Shown here: in pieces, positions 29,757 through 39,875 of the stretch
How positions within the stretch are numbered: position 1 is the stretch's first letter
How the letters are laid out: every line of letters starts with the position of its first letter
Source: Candidatus Latescibacterota bacterium
GTDB lineage: Bacteria > Latescibacterota > UBA2968
DNA: 64,000 nt
Direction: 5' to 3'
NCBI GenBank assembly: GCA_965116885.1
Contig: OZ220741.1
Span: 928,001 to 992,000, forward strand
Notes under the pieces: model-generated
Database searches by the model: none
Told to the model about the DNA's origin: nothing
Seen by the model: the letters and a program-made list of their open reading frames with translations, nothing else
Made by a program: the position numbers and the translations under genes

Positions 29757-29793
29757 AAAGCCCGTCAATCAATGAGCATTGACGGGCTTTTTT
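29757..29793 (+). terminator. Intrinsic terminator
   Basis: AAAGCCCGTCAAT...ATTGACGGGCTTTTTT. Confidence 0.8.
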
Positions 29794-29816
29794 GTACTTA
29801 AAGATGTGATTTTTAC

Positions 29817-30899
29817 TTATCCACCTCCATCCACATACCCCCGTGTAATATCAATAATCAACCCAATATCGTACCGCGCATCTTCCACCGGTGTGCGGCA
29901 CGGCTCGCCATCTGTGATACACGCGTAAAAATGCCGAAGCTCTCGTACAAACGGACTCTCCCAATCAATCTCGGGACTGCGCGTACCGTGAGACCCATTG
30001 GCGTGAATCTCCAGCACATCGAGCGTTGACAAAATCCCCCGTGCAAAACCCGTGGGATACGACAGAATAACGCGCTTATCGTCCTTGTGGACCTCAAGCG
30101 TCTCCTTAAAATGCCACAAATCGGGCAAATCGATCCACGTAGCCACGCACCGCGCCCCCGATGCATATTGCAAAATCGTCGTCATCGCCCGGCCCCCCTG
30201 CCACACCTCGGTACTCACCACATGCGTCGGATTGCCCAGCATCAGACGCAAACCGTACAAATCGTGAATCATACTCCCCGACAGCGTAAAAAACGCCCGC
30301 GCAACATCATCCGACACATCGCCCACCGCCTGCTTCAAAGCCGCCTGCCGCGCTTCGTTTCTCTCAACTGCCGCTTCGGGCGGTAAATCGTCAAAATAGG
30401 TCAACTCAAACTGCTTCAAATGCAAATTATTATTCGGATGCAAATGATTCACCTGCACAAAACGCACATCGCCCGCATCCCCCACCTCCTCCCGAGCCAA
30501 CTCATACGCCGGATCATAGACCTTCATATAGCCCACCTGCCCCACCGTACCCGCCCGCTCCTTCGCAGCACATATCGCATCCACCTCCTCGAGCGAATAG
30601 CACATCGGCTTCTCAATAAACACATGCTTACCCGCCTCAAAAGCCGCCACCGCCAGCTCCGTCTTCGGATCCGCATGGCATAAAATCACCGCATCCACAT
30701 CCCCCGCCTGTAACAACTCATGCGGATCCGTCGTAAAATTCGGCACGCCAAAAACCTCTGCCAGCCACCGCGCCAACCCCGGCGAAATATCGCACACCCA
30801 CGTCACCTCATAAAGCGCGTGCAAAATCCCCAAATTTGGCATATGCTGCACCTGTGCAATCGCGCCGCAACCAATAATCCCCATTTTGATCTTCGACAT
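29817..30899 (-). CDS. Gfo/Idh/MocA family oxidoreductase
   Basis: IIGCGAIA Rossmann motif, AGKHVFIEKP, SMIHDL. Confidence 0.88.
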   Translation of the reverse strand: MSKIKMGIIGCGAIAQVQHMPNLGILHALYEVTWVCDISPGLARWLAEVFGVPNFTTDPHELLQAGDVDAVILCHADPKTELAVAAFEAGKHVFIEKPMCYSLEEVDAICAAKERAGTVGQVGYMKVYDPAYELAREEVGDAGDVRFVQVNHLHPNNNLHLKQFELTYFDDLPPEAAVERNEARQAALKQAVGDVSDDVARAFFTLSGSMIHDLYGLRLMLGNPTHVVSTEVWQGGRAMTTILQYASGARCVATWIDLPDLWHFKETLEVHKDDKRVILSYPTGFARGILSTLDVLEIHANGSHGTRSPEIDWESPFVRELRHFYACITDGEPCRTPVEDARYDIGLIIDITRGYVDGGG

Positions 30900-31498
30900 C
30901 ACACCCTCCTGACCTTTATATTTTCCACCACAGCCGCAACCCCCGCAACCACACCAGTCCGAATCGTCTCCAACGCCATACTCGGCTGCGACCTCCCCAG
31001 TTCCGCAATAAGCTCCGGCGTAGGCGGCACGTGAATAAACCCCGCGGGCAGATCATCCTCAGCGACCAGATGCAGCACAGAATACATAATGTGATTGCAC
31101 AAAAACGTACCCGCCGAATACGTCAACCGCGCCGGCACCCCGGCATCCTCCATCCGCTGAACCATAGCCCGGGTCGGCAACGTAGAAAAATAGGCATCCG
31201 GACCCCCTTCCACAATGGGATAATCGCCCCCATCTATCACCTTCAAATTAATCCCAACGCGCTCGACATGGAGCGCAGACGCAGAACCGTGCAACCCCAA
31301 ACACACCACCGCCACTGGCTCGTATTCTGCGATCAGCGGCGCAACCCGATCAATATCCGCCCCGTGAACAACCGGCAACACAGCCGAAACAACCTCGCAT
31401 CCACCAATCGAAACCCCATCCAAAGACTCAGCCACAGCGCCCGATGGATTGGACGACCACGCTGCCCAGGGTTCAAAACCCGTCAGTAAAATTTTCAC
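30899..31498 (-). CDS. pcp: Pyroglutamyl-peptidase I
   Basis: ILLTGFEP, NPS, ERVGIN, SAGTFLCN (catalytic Cys), GFIHVP. Confidence 0.9.
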   Translation of the reverse strand: MKILLTGFEPWAAWSSNPSGAVAESLDGVSIGGCEVVSAVLPVVHGADIDRVAPLIAEYEPVAVVCLGLHGSASALHVERVGINLKVIDGGDYPIVEGGPDAYFSTLPTRAMVQRMEDAGVPARLTYSAGTFLCNHIMYSVLHLVAEDDLPAGFIHVPPTPELIAELGRSQPSMALETIRTGVVAGVAAVVENIKVRRV

Positions 31499-33555
31499 GC
31501 GCCCTCCTCCGCTGTAATACAAGAAACCCGATGCCCACCCGCGACCTCGACCCCCGTGCACTGGACAGCTTCGACGGTAACATCCCCTTTATCCCAGACA
31601 ACAGTACCCGTCCCCATCGCCTCAACATGCACCTCACCCTCGGGCACCGTAAGCGTCAGCGGTTCAGGTTCCACCCCGTGAAAAGCAGCCACATAGCGCT
31701 CGGTCTGAGAACATGCAAAAAGCCATGCGGGCTGTCTTCCGCAGATCAACGTAGCGTCTCCAACCGAGATTTCACCCGTACTGCTCTGACGGGCAAACGG
31801 CGACTCGAGCGGAGGCCAGCCCAGAACACCCTCCTGCGTCCAGCGCTTCTGAAGAACCCACGCCAGCAAATCGATCTCAATACCCAGCGTCTCCCCACCC
31901 CGGGTATATTCCACGGACCACGGCCGCGTCTTCCCCGCTTCATAAGTCACAGGAGGCGCAGCATCATCTCTCAGAGCACCGCCGGCAACCGCCCGAACAA
32001 AAGACTGCACATCCGCATAATCCGACCGCTCAGCCATCTCCGCATAAAAACCGCACCGGGGCTTACCCTGATAAAAAGAACCCGGATGTCCCTGCTCCCA
32101 GAACGTCTTGGACGGGCCCAGATAATTATATAGCTCCAAAAAAAGATGCGTATCGTACGCCACCAGACGCAGAGGTGCATTCCGCCCCAAATCTGTACGC
32201 GCAAGCGGGCGAATCGCAGAAAGAACCGGACCAATCGCAACACCAACCGTAGCACCATCCGGAACATCGAACGGCAAACTCTCCACCTTCTCATCACCAA
32301 CCCAAATCTCATCCACCAGCCCGCAATCGTGCCAGCACACAACGGCTTTGGCACTGCTCCGCGGCGCCATCGCGCCCAGATCCTTCGGCGAATAAAGCAC
32401 AATCGCCCGGGAACCATCCTGGACATTGTGACACTGCCCCTCCTCAAAAAGAATCTGATCATTGGACCGCGCGGGCGTTGACCGAAACGACCCGAGCCAG
32501 TGATCATCCAGCACATACCGGGAATAAATAACACCCGTCTGATCCGTACCCGTCTTGTGATGCGCGACAAAAACACTCGACTGCCCGGTAATAAAGCGAT
32601 TCGTCTGACTGCGAAGTTCCTGAGACGAAACCCCCAGCGCAAACGAAGGACTGTGATACGTGGAAATCCCCACGCCATTTTCCGAATCAGCCGTCTCCAA
32701 AAGAAAAAACGTCTCCGGACGGTAATCGAGCGCATCGGACAGCCAATCGGGAAGAACACCCGCCTCAATATATTCCCGAAACGCATCGATCTCCGGCGGC
32801 ATCTGGCAAAAAAGCGCGTGCCGGTACGCCCGGCTAAAAGGACCTGCCCAGCGACCCGTAGGCCGATGAATATGCAGGGCTGCTGAAAGACCAATACGCG
32901 CGCACATCGCCCTGGCACCAATGCGCGTAGGCTTGTGCTGCACCAGTTCGCCCAGCCTGTGCAACACGCGCATCGCCACATTCGCGTAACCGGGACTATT
33001 AAACTCGTACGCACAACCATTTTGAGTCGTAAAATCCATCCACGCCCGGAACTTCTCATACCCCCGGTTCTCAAACGCCTCATCCCCGAGCAACTCCCCA
33101 CCCAAACACGTATTGGCAATATCCTTAACCACAATATTCGTATAGCGAAAATGAACATCAATCCGCCGAACCTCTTCCAACCCCAGGCGAATACTCTGCC
33201 GGACGCGATTCTGCATATCCTCAGAAAGCGCATTCCCATAATTAATCATCAGTGGAATAAGCTGAAAAAGACAAAACTGAACCGCATTCAAATCCTCCAC
33301 CACCTCATCCTCGCGCTCCCACAGAAAATTTCCCAAATGGGGATCGCCCTCACGCGTCTCCTGACATGCCAGCATCGCATCGAGCACCTTCTCAGCCAAA
33401 TCGACATCCTCACGCGCACCATTCGCCAGAAGATCGTTGGCAAACTCAGCCGCCAGACGCGGCGCGTGATACATCTTGCCCTCTTCCCAGCGAGACAGCA
33501 TAAAAGTCTCAGGATTAAAATTCGGGGGAATAGGAAGGGGTTGAGCTTTAGACAT
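31495..33555 (-). CDS. Conserved hypothetical protein (helical N-terminus, beta-rich C-terminus; possibly lyase/hydrolase-like)
   Basis: Long ORF with the local codon bias, GTGA-coupled to pcp; YTN and EFNSPGY motifs; function not recognisable. Confidence 0.6.
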   Translation of the reverse strand: MSKAQPLPIPPNFNPETFMLSRWEEGKMYHAPRLAAEFANDLLANGAREDVDLAEKVLDAMLACQETREGDPHLGNFLWEREDEVVEDLNAVQFCLFQLIPLMINYGNALSEDMQNRVRQSIRLGLEEVRRIDVHFRYTNIVVKDIANTCLGGELLGDEAFENRGYEKFRAWMDFTTQNGCAYEFNSPGYANVAMRVLHRLGELVQHKPTRIGARAMCARIGLSAALHIHRPTGRWAGPFSRAYRHALFCQMPPEIDAFREYIEAGVLPDWLSDALDYRPETFFLLETADSENGVGISTYHSPSFALGVSSQELRSQTNRFITGQSSVFVAHHKTGTDQTGVIYSRYVLDDHWLGSFRSTPARSNDQILFEEGQCHNVQDGSRAIVLYSPKDLGAMAPRSSAKAVVCWHDCGLVDEIWVGDEKVESLPFDVPDGATVGVAIGPVLSAIRPLARTDLGRNAPLRLVAYDTHLFLELYNYLGPSKTFWEQGHPGSFYQGKPRCGFYAEMAERSDYADVQSFVRAVAGGALRDDAAPPVTYEAGKTRPWSVEYTRGGETLGIEIDLLAWVLQKRWTQEGVLGWPPLESPFARQSSTGEISVGDATLICGRQPAWLFACSQTERYVAAFHGVEPEPLTLTVPEGEVHVEAMGTGTVVWDKGDVTVEAVQCTGVEVAGGHRVSCITAEEGA

Positions 33556-33695
33556 AATGCACTCCGATAGTATTGACACTTCATTAAAAGATGTGTAAAA
33601 TGCGATACCCAAAGTAGCCAGAACGCGATGGACTGGCAAGACAAACCCATTCGTCTTGCGATGAACATGTATTCATCCTCTACTCATTTGGCATC

Positions 33696-34937
33696 ATGCA
33701 AAAACACACAAAAATCCTTTTATGTCTCGCACTGGGATTAACACCTATTCTGACCAGTCTTGCCCATGCACAAACCGACCTGGCACGCGCAGACTTTGAT
33801 GGCAATCGGAAGGTTGATATTCAAGACTTTCTCGCATTTGTCGCGGCTTTCGGAAAGACTTCATCGGAGGAAGGTTTTGATAGCAGAATGGACTTTAATG
33901 GCGACAACGCCGTTAATATCCAGGACTTTCTCGCATTTGTCGCGGTTTTCGGTCAATCTGTTGAACTGAAGGACCTGGCCGGTTATCCGGTAGGGGTATC
34001 TCTCCAGACAAAGTATTTGACCGATGATGCCCGGGTATCACTCATCAAAAAAACATTCAGCAGCATAACCGGCGGATGGGAGATGAAGCCGATCTCAACG
34101 GGACCTGGCGCCTATGACTGGCGCAGAGCAGACGCGCTCGTAGATTTTGCGGAAGCCAACAACATGCAGGTCCATGGGCATACGTTGCTGTGGCACAATA
34201 CCGTACCTACCTGGATGGAGAACTTCTCGGGAGACGATGCGGCCTTTGAAGCGGCCATAAAGGAATACATCACAACAGTGGTGCAGCGGTATCGCGGGCG
34301 GGTCGTTAGCTGGGACGTGGTCAACGAAGGCATTGACGGTAGAGGAAAGGTGCGCGACAACTTATTCAGCCAGCGCATGGGGAATGACTATATCGCCCGC
34401 ATGTTTCAGTATGCCCGTGAAGCAGACCCCGATGTATTGCTATTTTACAACGATTACGGCACATCGCAGCCCTGGGCCCGCGCCAAACGCGCTGGCATGC
34501 TAAACATGCTGGACGATTTCCAGACACGCGGTATTCCCATAGACGGAGTCGGTTTGCAAATGCATATTTCCTACAACTCTCCAGACATCTCGACAATACG
34601 AGAAACCATTGACGAGATCATACGACGGGGACTCAAACTACACATCTCCGAACTGGACATCCGCATCAACCCCGATGGCGACCTGTCCGAACCGACTCAA
34701 GAGCGGCTCGAATTGCAAAAAAAGCGCGTCATAGAAATCGTGACAGCTTTCCACCAGGTACCGGAAGCACAGCGGTTTGGCATCACGATATGGGGAATAG
34801 CGGACCCGGACACCTGGCTCATACAGGCTGGCCGAAGTCAGGGCCGTCCCGAATGGCCGCTCTTATTCGATGATCACCTGCAGCCCAAACCGGCTTACGA
34901 TGGATTTGTCGAAGCACTTCAGAACAAAGGATTTTAG
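33696..34937 (+). CDS. GH10 endo-1,4-beta-xylanase with an N-terminal dockerin/EF-hand-like domain
   Basis: EMK, HGHTLLWH, WDVVNE, YNDY, DGVGLQMH, ISELDI; signal peptide. Confidence 0.92.
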   Translation: MQKHTKILLCLALGLTPILTSLAHAQTDLARADFDGNRKVDIQDFLAFVAAFGKTSSEEGFDSRMDFNGDNAVNIQDFLAFVAVFGQSVELKDLAGYPVGVSLQTKYLTDDARVSLIKKTFSSITGGWEMKPISTGPGAYDWRRADALVDFAEANNMQVHGHTLLWHNTVPTWMENFSGDDAAFEAAIKEYITTVVQRYRGRVVSWDVVNEGIDGRGKVRDNLFSQRMGNDYIARMFQYAREADPDVLLFYNDYGTSQPWARAKRAGMLNMLDDFQTRGIPIDGVGLQMHISYNSPDISTIRETIDEIIRRGLKLHISELDIRINPDGDLSEPTQERLELQKKRVIEIVTAFHQVPEAQRFGITIWGIADPDTWLIQAGRSQGRPEWPLLFDDHLQPKPAYDGFVEALQNKGF

Positions 34938-34939
34938 CC

Positions 34940-35064
34940 ATAAATATCAGAGTTTTGGAAAAAAAATTGGCGATCCTGCATTCAATGCGACAGCCGATTT
35001 AGACAGCAGCGGTACGATCGACATTCAAGACTTTCTGATTTTTGTTCAGGCTTTTGGCAATTGA
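34940..35064 (+). pseudogene. Orphan dockerin/EF-hand-like coding remnant
   Basis: Out-of-frame peptide QSFGKKIGDPAFNATADLDSSGTIDIQDFLIFVQAFGN* immediately after the xylanase stop. Confidence 0.55.
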
Positions 35065-35185
35065 CAACCCCTGAAATTCACACTTCACGCCCCTCTTTTT
35101 CATCTGTGGTCATCTGCGCCATCTGCGAAAAACGCTCAAATTATTCGCGTTTTTTTCTACGGATCACACTTCACAGGAGCCTCTC

Positions 35186-36028
35186 ATGGCAACCGCCGAA
35201 ACACCCATCGCGATGCATGAACCATCCCTCTACGAAACAACCAGACGGGCAGACTATCTCGACACCCTCGCCGACATTGACGACCGTCAAATCGCCCAAT
35301 TTCACGAACAGGGATACCTCGCCATTCAACGGGCATTCACGCCGCAACAAATCGAATCCGCGGGCCAGGCCATGTGGGATCTCATCGACGGCAAAAGCCA
35401 GGACTTCAAAGGCGTAATGGCCGAAGCCGCCAAACGCGGGCAATTTTCCGAACTCACAGGCAAAGCGCGCCGCGACAGCGTGCGTAAAATCTGGAAATTC
35501 GTCGATTATGACACCCGGCTCAACGACCTCGCCCACGACCCCAACATCCTCTCCGTACTCTCCCGCATGATGGACGACACACCCGTACTCTTTCAGGACA
35601 TGGGACTGATCAAACCCCCGCACATCGGCCGCGAAAAACCCTGGCATCAGGACTGCGCGTACTTCAACTATCCCGTCGGCACCACCGTCGTCGGCGTATG
35701 GATCGCCATCGATGCCGCTACAGAAGAAAACGGATGCTTGCACATCATCCCCGGCTCACACCGCGAAGGACCCATCCCGCACTTCAGGCGACGCGACTGG
35801 CAAATATGCGACACCGACGTCGCCGTCCCCAGAAACGTCACCGTCCCCCTCAACCCCGGCGGATGCCTCTTCTGGCACGGCATGACCCATCACGGCAGCC
35901 CAACCAACCAATCCGCCCACCGCCGCAGGGCACTGCAATACCACTACCGCCCCGAAAGCACCGTGGAAATGACGGCAAAAGAACGCCTCGCCATCTACGG
36001 CGGCGACGAACTCGGCGTAACGTACTGA
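35186..36028 (+). CDS. Phytanoyl-CoA dioxygenase (PhyH) family Fe/2OG enzyme, canonical HxD
   Basis: KPWHQD, ENGCL.IIPGSH, THHGS..N, RRA. Confidence 0.9.
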   Translation: MATAETPIAMHEPSLYETTRRADYLDTLADIDDRQIAQFHEQGYLAIQRAFTPQQIESAGQAMWDLIDGKSQDFKGVMAEAAKRGQFSELTGKARRDSVRKIWKFVDYDTRLNDLAHDPNILSVLSRMMDDTPVLFQDMGLIKPPHIGREKPWHQDCAYFNYPVGTTVVGVWIAIDAATEENGCLHIIPGSHREGPIPHFRRRDWQICDTDVAVPRNVTVPLNPGGCLFWHGMTHHGSPTNQSAHRRRALQYHYRPESTVEMTAKERLAIYGGDELGVTY

Positions 36029-36037
36029 ATCACTTAT

Positions 36038-36895
36038 TTACAGCTCACTCTTATCTTTCACCTGCGGCTCTCTCGGGAGCGGCACTTGCGGTTGCACAAT
36101 GCGGCGGCGTTGGGGGGTGAGGCGTGCCAGCAACTCTGGCGACGGCTGGTACCCGTGCCGAAAATTCCCCCACGAAGGCCCGTAGCGATACACCGCGATA
36201 CGCCGCGTCCCCGCATTCATCCGCTTTGCCGACCCGTGTGAAAGTCCATCCACAAAAACCAGCGCATCGCCCGCCTTCATAAACACCTCAATCGCGCCCA
36301 CCGTCCCATCCACAGACCTGTCCTCTCCCATCCTCTGCTCATCGTAAAACGGATGTCTGAAATTCGCCTTGTGGCTCCCCGGAATCAACATCGTCCCCCC
36401 ATCGCCCGGACCGATATCCGTCAGCGCCATCAGCACATTCACCTGCCCGCACATAAACCGCCCCCCGTGATACCGGAACTGATTCCTCATAATCGGCGGA
36501 AACCCGCCCGAATGCAACCCAATCGCCTCCCCCGGCTCGCGAAAATTGGCCAAACACTCATCGATAAACATCGGACCGTGATGGTGATCAAACGTCCCCT
36601 CCGCCCCGATAAAAAGCTTCACATGCTCAAACCACGACGGATGATCAATCAGCTTCTCAAACGGCTCGCCCGCCTCGTAAATCTGTTGATAATTGATCCC
36701 CGACGTCACATCGCCATACGCATGACCCTGAACATACCCATACCACTCCCCCGGCTTCAGCGCGGGAATCTCATCCAAACAACCGTTCAACGCCTGAACC
36801 TCATCCGTCGTCAGCGCCCCCTCCATAAGCAGGTACCCGCGCAGGTCAAACAAATAAACATCGAGATCTGGAACCATCGTCACGCTCCTTGTCAA
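36038..36895 (-). CDS. PhyH-family Fe/2OG enzyme with HxG motif
   Basis: FDLRGYL, LHSGG, DGGTMLIPGSHK, AGD..LSHG..RR. Confidence 0.85.
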   Translation of the reverse strand: MTRSVTMVPDLDVYLFDLRGYLLMEGALTTDEVQALNGCLDEIPALKPGEWYGYVQGHAYGDVTSGINYQQIYEAGEPFEKLIDHPSWFEHVKLFIGAEGTFDHHHGPMFIDECLANFREPGEAIGLHSGGFPPIMRNQFRYHGGRFMCGQVNVLMALTDIGPGDGGTMLIPGSHKANFRHPFYDEQRMGEDRSVDGTVGAIEVFMKAGDALVFVDGLSHGSAKRMNAGTRRIAVYRYGPSWGNFRHGYQPSPELLARLTPQRRRIVQPQVPLPREPQVKDKSEL

Positions 36896-36961
36896 TATTA
36901 GCTATGCATATCGCAAGTTATGATAAACTGTTATAGGCTTAAAAGCCATAGCATTTTTGGC

Positions 36962-37100
36962 GGGCGACCACAGGGGGTCGCCCCTACAATCTGGATCGCG
37001 GCTAACACATTGCCGCGATGACGGGCGGGCACGGGGGCACCGCCCCTACAACAACGGGTGGACAGGGCATACGTACGGGCGAGGCATGCCTCGCCCCTAC
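36962..37100. repeat. Mosaic of three GTAG REPs and one CGTC-type palindrome
   Basis: GGGCGACCACAGGGGGTCGCCCCTAC; CTGGATCGCGGC..GCCGCGATGACG; GGGCGGGCAC..CCCCTAC; GGGCGAGGCATGCCTCGCCCCTAC. Confidence 0.8.
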
Positions 37101-37177
37101 CAACGTAATATTCTTTCTTGCTTCATTCTCATTCAAACCATATAATTTGGAAACACAGTAAAAATGGACATACAACT

Positions 37178-38029
37178 ATGGAACAACAAAACCCCAAAAA
37201 CATGCGTGAACGCACGCCTGAAACCGTTCGCGGTGAAGAAACCGAGGAAGAGCAGATCATCGAGGAAGAAACCCTTGAAGAATCGCAACCCCTGCTCGAA
37301 GAACGGCTCACCCTGCGGAAACCGCTCGGCCTATTATTTGACCTGGGCGACACCCTCTTGACATACCTCAAATTCGACCCAGAAGCCGGGCACGCGGCCA
37401 CACTAAACATCGCCGACAACCCATTGGGCTACACAGTCGAAGACATTGACAACCACATAAAAAGACTCAACCGCGACCTCATACCCCGCAGGGAAAAAGC
37501 ACAGGTAGAATTTCATCCCCACATCATCCAGCGCCACGTCTATGAAGCCCTGCACATCACCTTTGACCGCACCCCTGAAGAAGTCGAACGCGTATTCTGG
37601 CGTGCGGCGACATCGTGGCAGCCCGAACCGGGCATAGAATACGTCCTCGAAATATTGCGAAACAAAAACATCCCAATGGGCATCGTCAGCAACGCCGCAT
37701 TTTGCGGCAACACATTGATATGGGAAATCGAACAACAGGGCCTCGCGGACTACTTTCGCTTCCTCATGTCCAGCGCCGACTACTGGGTACGCAAACCCCA
37801 TCCCCTCCTGTTGGAAACCGCCGCCGCCAAACTCGGATACAAACCCGCCGACTTATGGTATGTGGGCAACTCGCCTCAATACGATATCGCAGCCGCGCAC
37901 AACGCCGGCATGGGCGCCGTATGGTACAACCGTCTGGACGACCCCCTCGACGGACCCGACCCCCATGTCGAAATCAAAAGTTGGCGCGAATTTTTAGAAT
38001 TAGTTGAAGGCTTTTATTTAAAAATATAA
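37178..38029 (+). CDS. HAD-superfamily hydrolase
   Basis: FDLGDTL, VSN, RKPHP, YVGNS..DI..A..AG. Confidence 0.88.
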   Translation: MEQQNPKNMRERTPETVRGEETEEEQIIEEETLEESQPLLEERLTLRKPLGLLFDLGDTLLTYLKFDPEAGHAATLNIADNPLGYTVEDIDNHIKRLNRDLIPRREKAQVEFHPHIIQRHVYEALHITFDRTPEEVERVFWRAATSWQPEPGIEYVLEILRNKNIPMGIVSNAAFCGNTLIWEIEQQGLADYFRFLMSSADYWVRKPHPLLLETAAAKLGYKPADLWYVGNSPQYDIAAAHNAGMGAVWYNRLDDPLDGPDPHVEIKSWREFLELVEGFYLKI

Positions 38030-38043
38030 AGGAGAGAAACACG

Positions 38044-39279
38044 ATGTCCGATTTTTCAATCGCAGAAGCTGTACACAACGCATTTCAAAACCACGCCATC
38101 GTCGATATACACACCCACCTCTATCCCGCCTCCATGGGCGAACTCTACCTGGCCGGACCCGACGAACTCCTCACCTATCACTATCTCAAAGCCGAATGCT
38201 CGCGCATGTTGCCCGAAGGCGTTGCGGTTGACACCTTTAACAACATGCCCACCACAGAACAGGCCGACATCATCTGGCAACAACTCTTCGTCGGCAACAG
38301 CTCCCCAATATCCGAAGCGCAACTCGGCGTCGTCACCGTCATGAACCGCCTGGGACTAAACCCGCGCGCAGAAAACCTGTCCGAATTTCGCGCCTTCCAC
38401 AACTCTAAAACACCCGAAGAATACACCGACATGGTCTTCGAAAGCGCTGGCGTCGCCAGTGTCTATATGACCAACGACCCCCTCGACGACACCGAAGGTC
38501 CCATGTGGCAACAGGGCATCGACATCGACCCGCGCTTCAGAGCAGTCCTGCGCCTCGACAGCGCGCTCATGAACTGGCCCGCCCCCGCCGACAAACTCCG
38601 CGCCCTAAGATACGATGTAGAAGAAAGCCTATCCGACAAAACCTTTGCGGAACTGCGGCGCTACCTCACCGACTGGGCCCAAAAAATGGACGCTCGATAC
38701 ATGGCCATATCGCTCCCCCCGGACTTTGCCTACCCCTCTGAAGACAGCATCTCACAAATGATGGGCAACGTCGTATATCCCACAGCCCGGGAACTCCAGA
38801 TCCCCTCGGCAATGATGATCGGCGTCACCCGGCAAGTCAACCCCATCCTCAAAGACGGCGGCGACAGCCTGGGCAAATGGGACATCGCCAACCTCGAACG
38901 CATCGCACGCGACTGGCCCGACGTCAACTTCCTCATCACCCTCCTCTCGCGCGAAAACCAGCACGAACTCTGCGTCACGGGCCGCAAATTCCCCAACGTA
39001 CACCCCTTTGGCTGCTGGTGGTTCTTGAACAACCCCAGCATCATCCGGGAAATAACAGCCGAACGCCTCGAACTCCTCGGCACCAGCTTTGTACCCCAGC
39101 ACTCCGACGCCCGCATCCTGGACCAGCTCCTCTACAAATGGACCCACTCCATCGGCGTCATCGCCCCCGTGTTCATCGACAAATACGAATCGCTTCGCGC
39201 TGCGGGCTGGCCCCTCACTCCGGCAGACATCCAGCGCGACATCGCCACCATGTTTGGCGGCGGCAAATTACTGGACTAA
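38044..39279 (+). CDS. uxaC: Glucuronate (uronate) isomerase, amidohydrolase-fold divergent type
   Basis: DIHTHL, DELLTYHYL, FGCWWFLNNP, QHSDAR. Confidence 0.8.
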   Translation: MSDFSIAEAVHNAFQNHAIVDIHTHLYPASMGELYLAGPDELLTYHYLKAECSRMLPEGVAVDTFNNMPTTEQADIIWQQLFVGNSSPISEAQLGVVTVMNRLGLNPRAENLSEFRAFHNSKTPEEYTDMVFESAGVASVYMTNDPLDDTEGPMWQQGIDIDPRFRAVLRLDSALMNWPAPADKLRALRYDVEESLSDKTFAELRRYLTDWAQKMDARYMAISLPPDFAYPSEDSISQMMGNVVYPTARELQIPSAMMIGVTRQVNPILKDGGDSLGKWDIANLERIARDWPDVNFLITLLSRENQHELCVTGRKFPNVHPFGCWWFLNNPSIIREITAERLELLGTSFVPQHSDARILDQLLYKWTHSIGVIAPVFIDKYESLRAAGWPLTPADIQRDIATMFGGGKLLD

Positions 39280-39285
39280 TGGCAA

Positions 39286-39324
39286 CTGGATCGCGGACGG
39301 GACGGCACAGGGGCCGTCCCCTAC
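39286..39324. repeat. GTAG REP joined to half of a CGTC-type element
   Basis: CTGGATCGCGG-AC-GGGACGGCACAGGGGCCGTCCCCTAC. Confidence 0.7.
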
Positions 39325-39343
39325 AACATGGCAGGATTTATTG

Positions 39344-39871
39344 ATGCATAAGATGACAACTAAAACCTTCTGGATTGCGGTCGCCCTCCTCCTCTTCTCC
39401 GGATCGGGGTTGTGTGCGCCGTATAAAATCTATATCTTTATGGGAGAAACCTGTCCGGTCTCGCGGCATTACACCTTGACACTCAAAGAACTGCACGCAG
39501 AATACGCATCTGAAAAACTCGAATTCATCGGCGTATTCCCCAATCGACTCTCCACCCCAGCCACGATTGCCGCGTTCAAAAAAAAATACGCCTTGCCATT
39601 CACCTGCATCGGGGATTCCATCCACACATGGGTGAACCGACTGGGCGCAACGATCACGCCAGAAGTCGTCGTTGCCGACACATCGAACACCGCCATCTAT
39701 CGGGGTCGCATTGACAACACCTTTGCGGATTTGGGCAAAAGACGCCGCATCGTCACCGCCCACGACCTCACAGATGTACTGAAAGCCCTCAAGAACGAAA
39801 AACCCCCGGTATTTCGCCAGACCCAGGCCATTGGCTGCATCATAACCTCATGGCAAAACACAAAGGAATAA
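39344..39871 (+). CDS. Exported redoxin/thioredoxin-like protein
   Basis: Signal peptide; TCPVS, GATITPE, YRGRID, AIGC. Confidence 0.8.
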   Translation: MHKMTTKTFWIAVALLLFSGSGLCAPYKIYIFMGETCPVSRHYTLTLKELHAEYASEKLEFIGVFPNRLSTPATIAAFKKKYALPFTCIGDSIHTWVNRLGATITPEVVVADTSNTAIYRGRIDNTFADLGKRRRIVTAHDLTDVLKALKNEKPPVFRQTQAIGCIITSWQNTKE

Positions 39872-39875
39872 AGCC

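Noticed and set aside
31971..33239. 422-aa alternative-frame ORF and other long shadow ORFs (48029-49105, 41530-42438, 59681-60469, 14416-15273)
   Set aside because: They overlap well-supported genes, have biased low-information composition and are explained by strand skew reducing stop codons.
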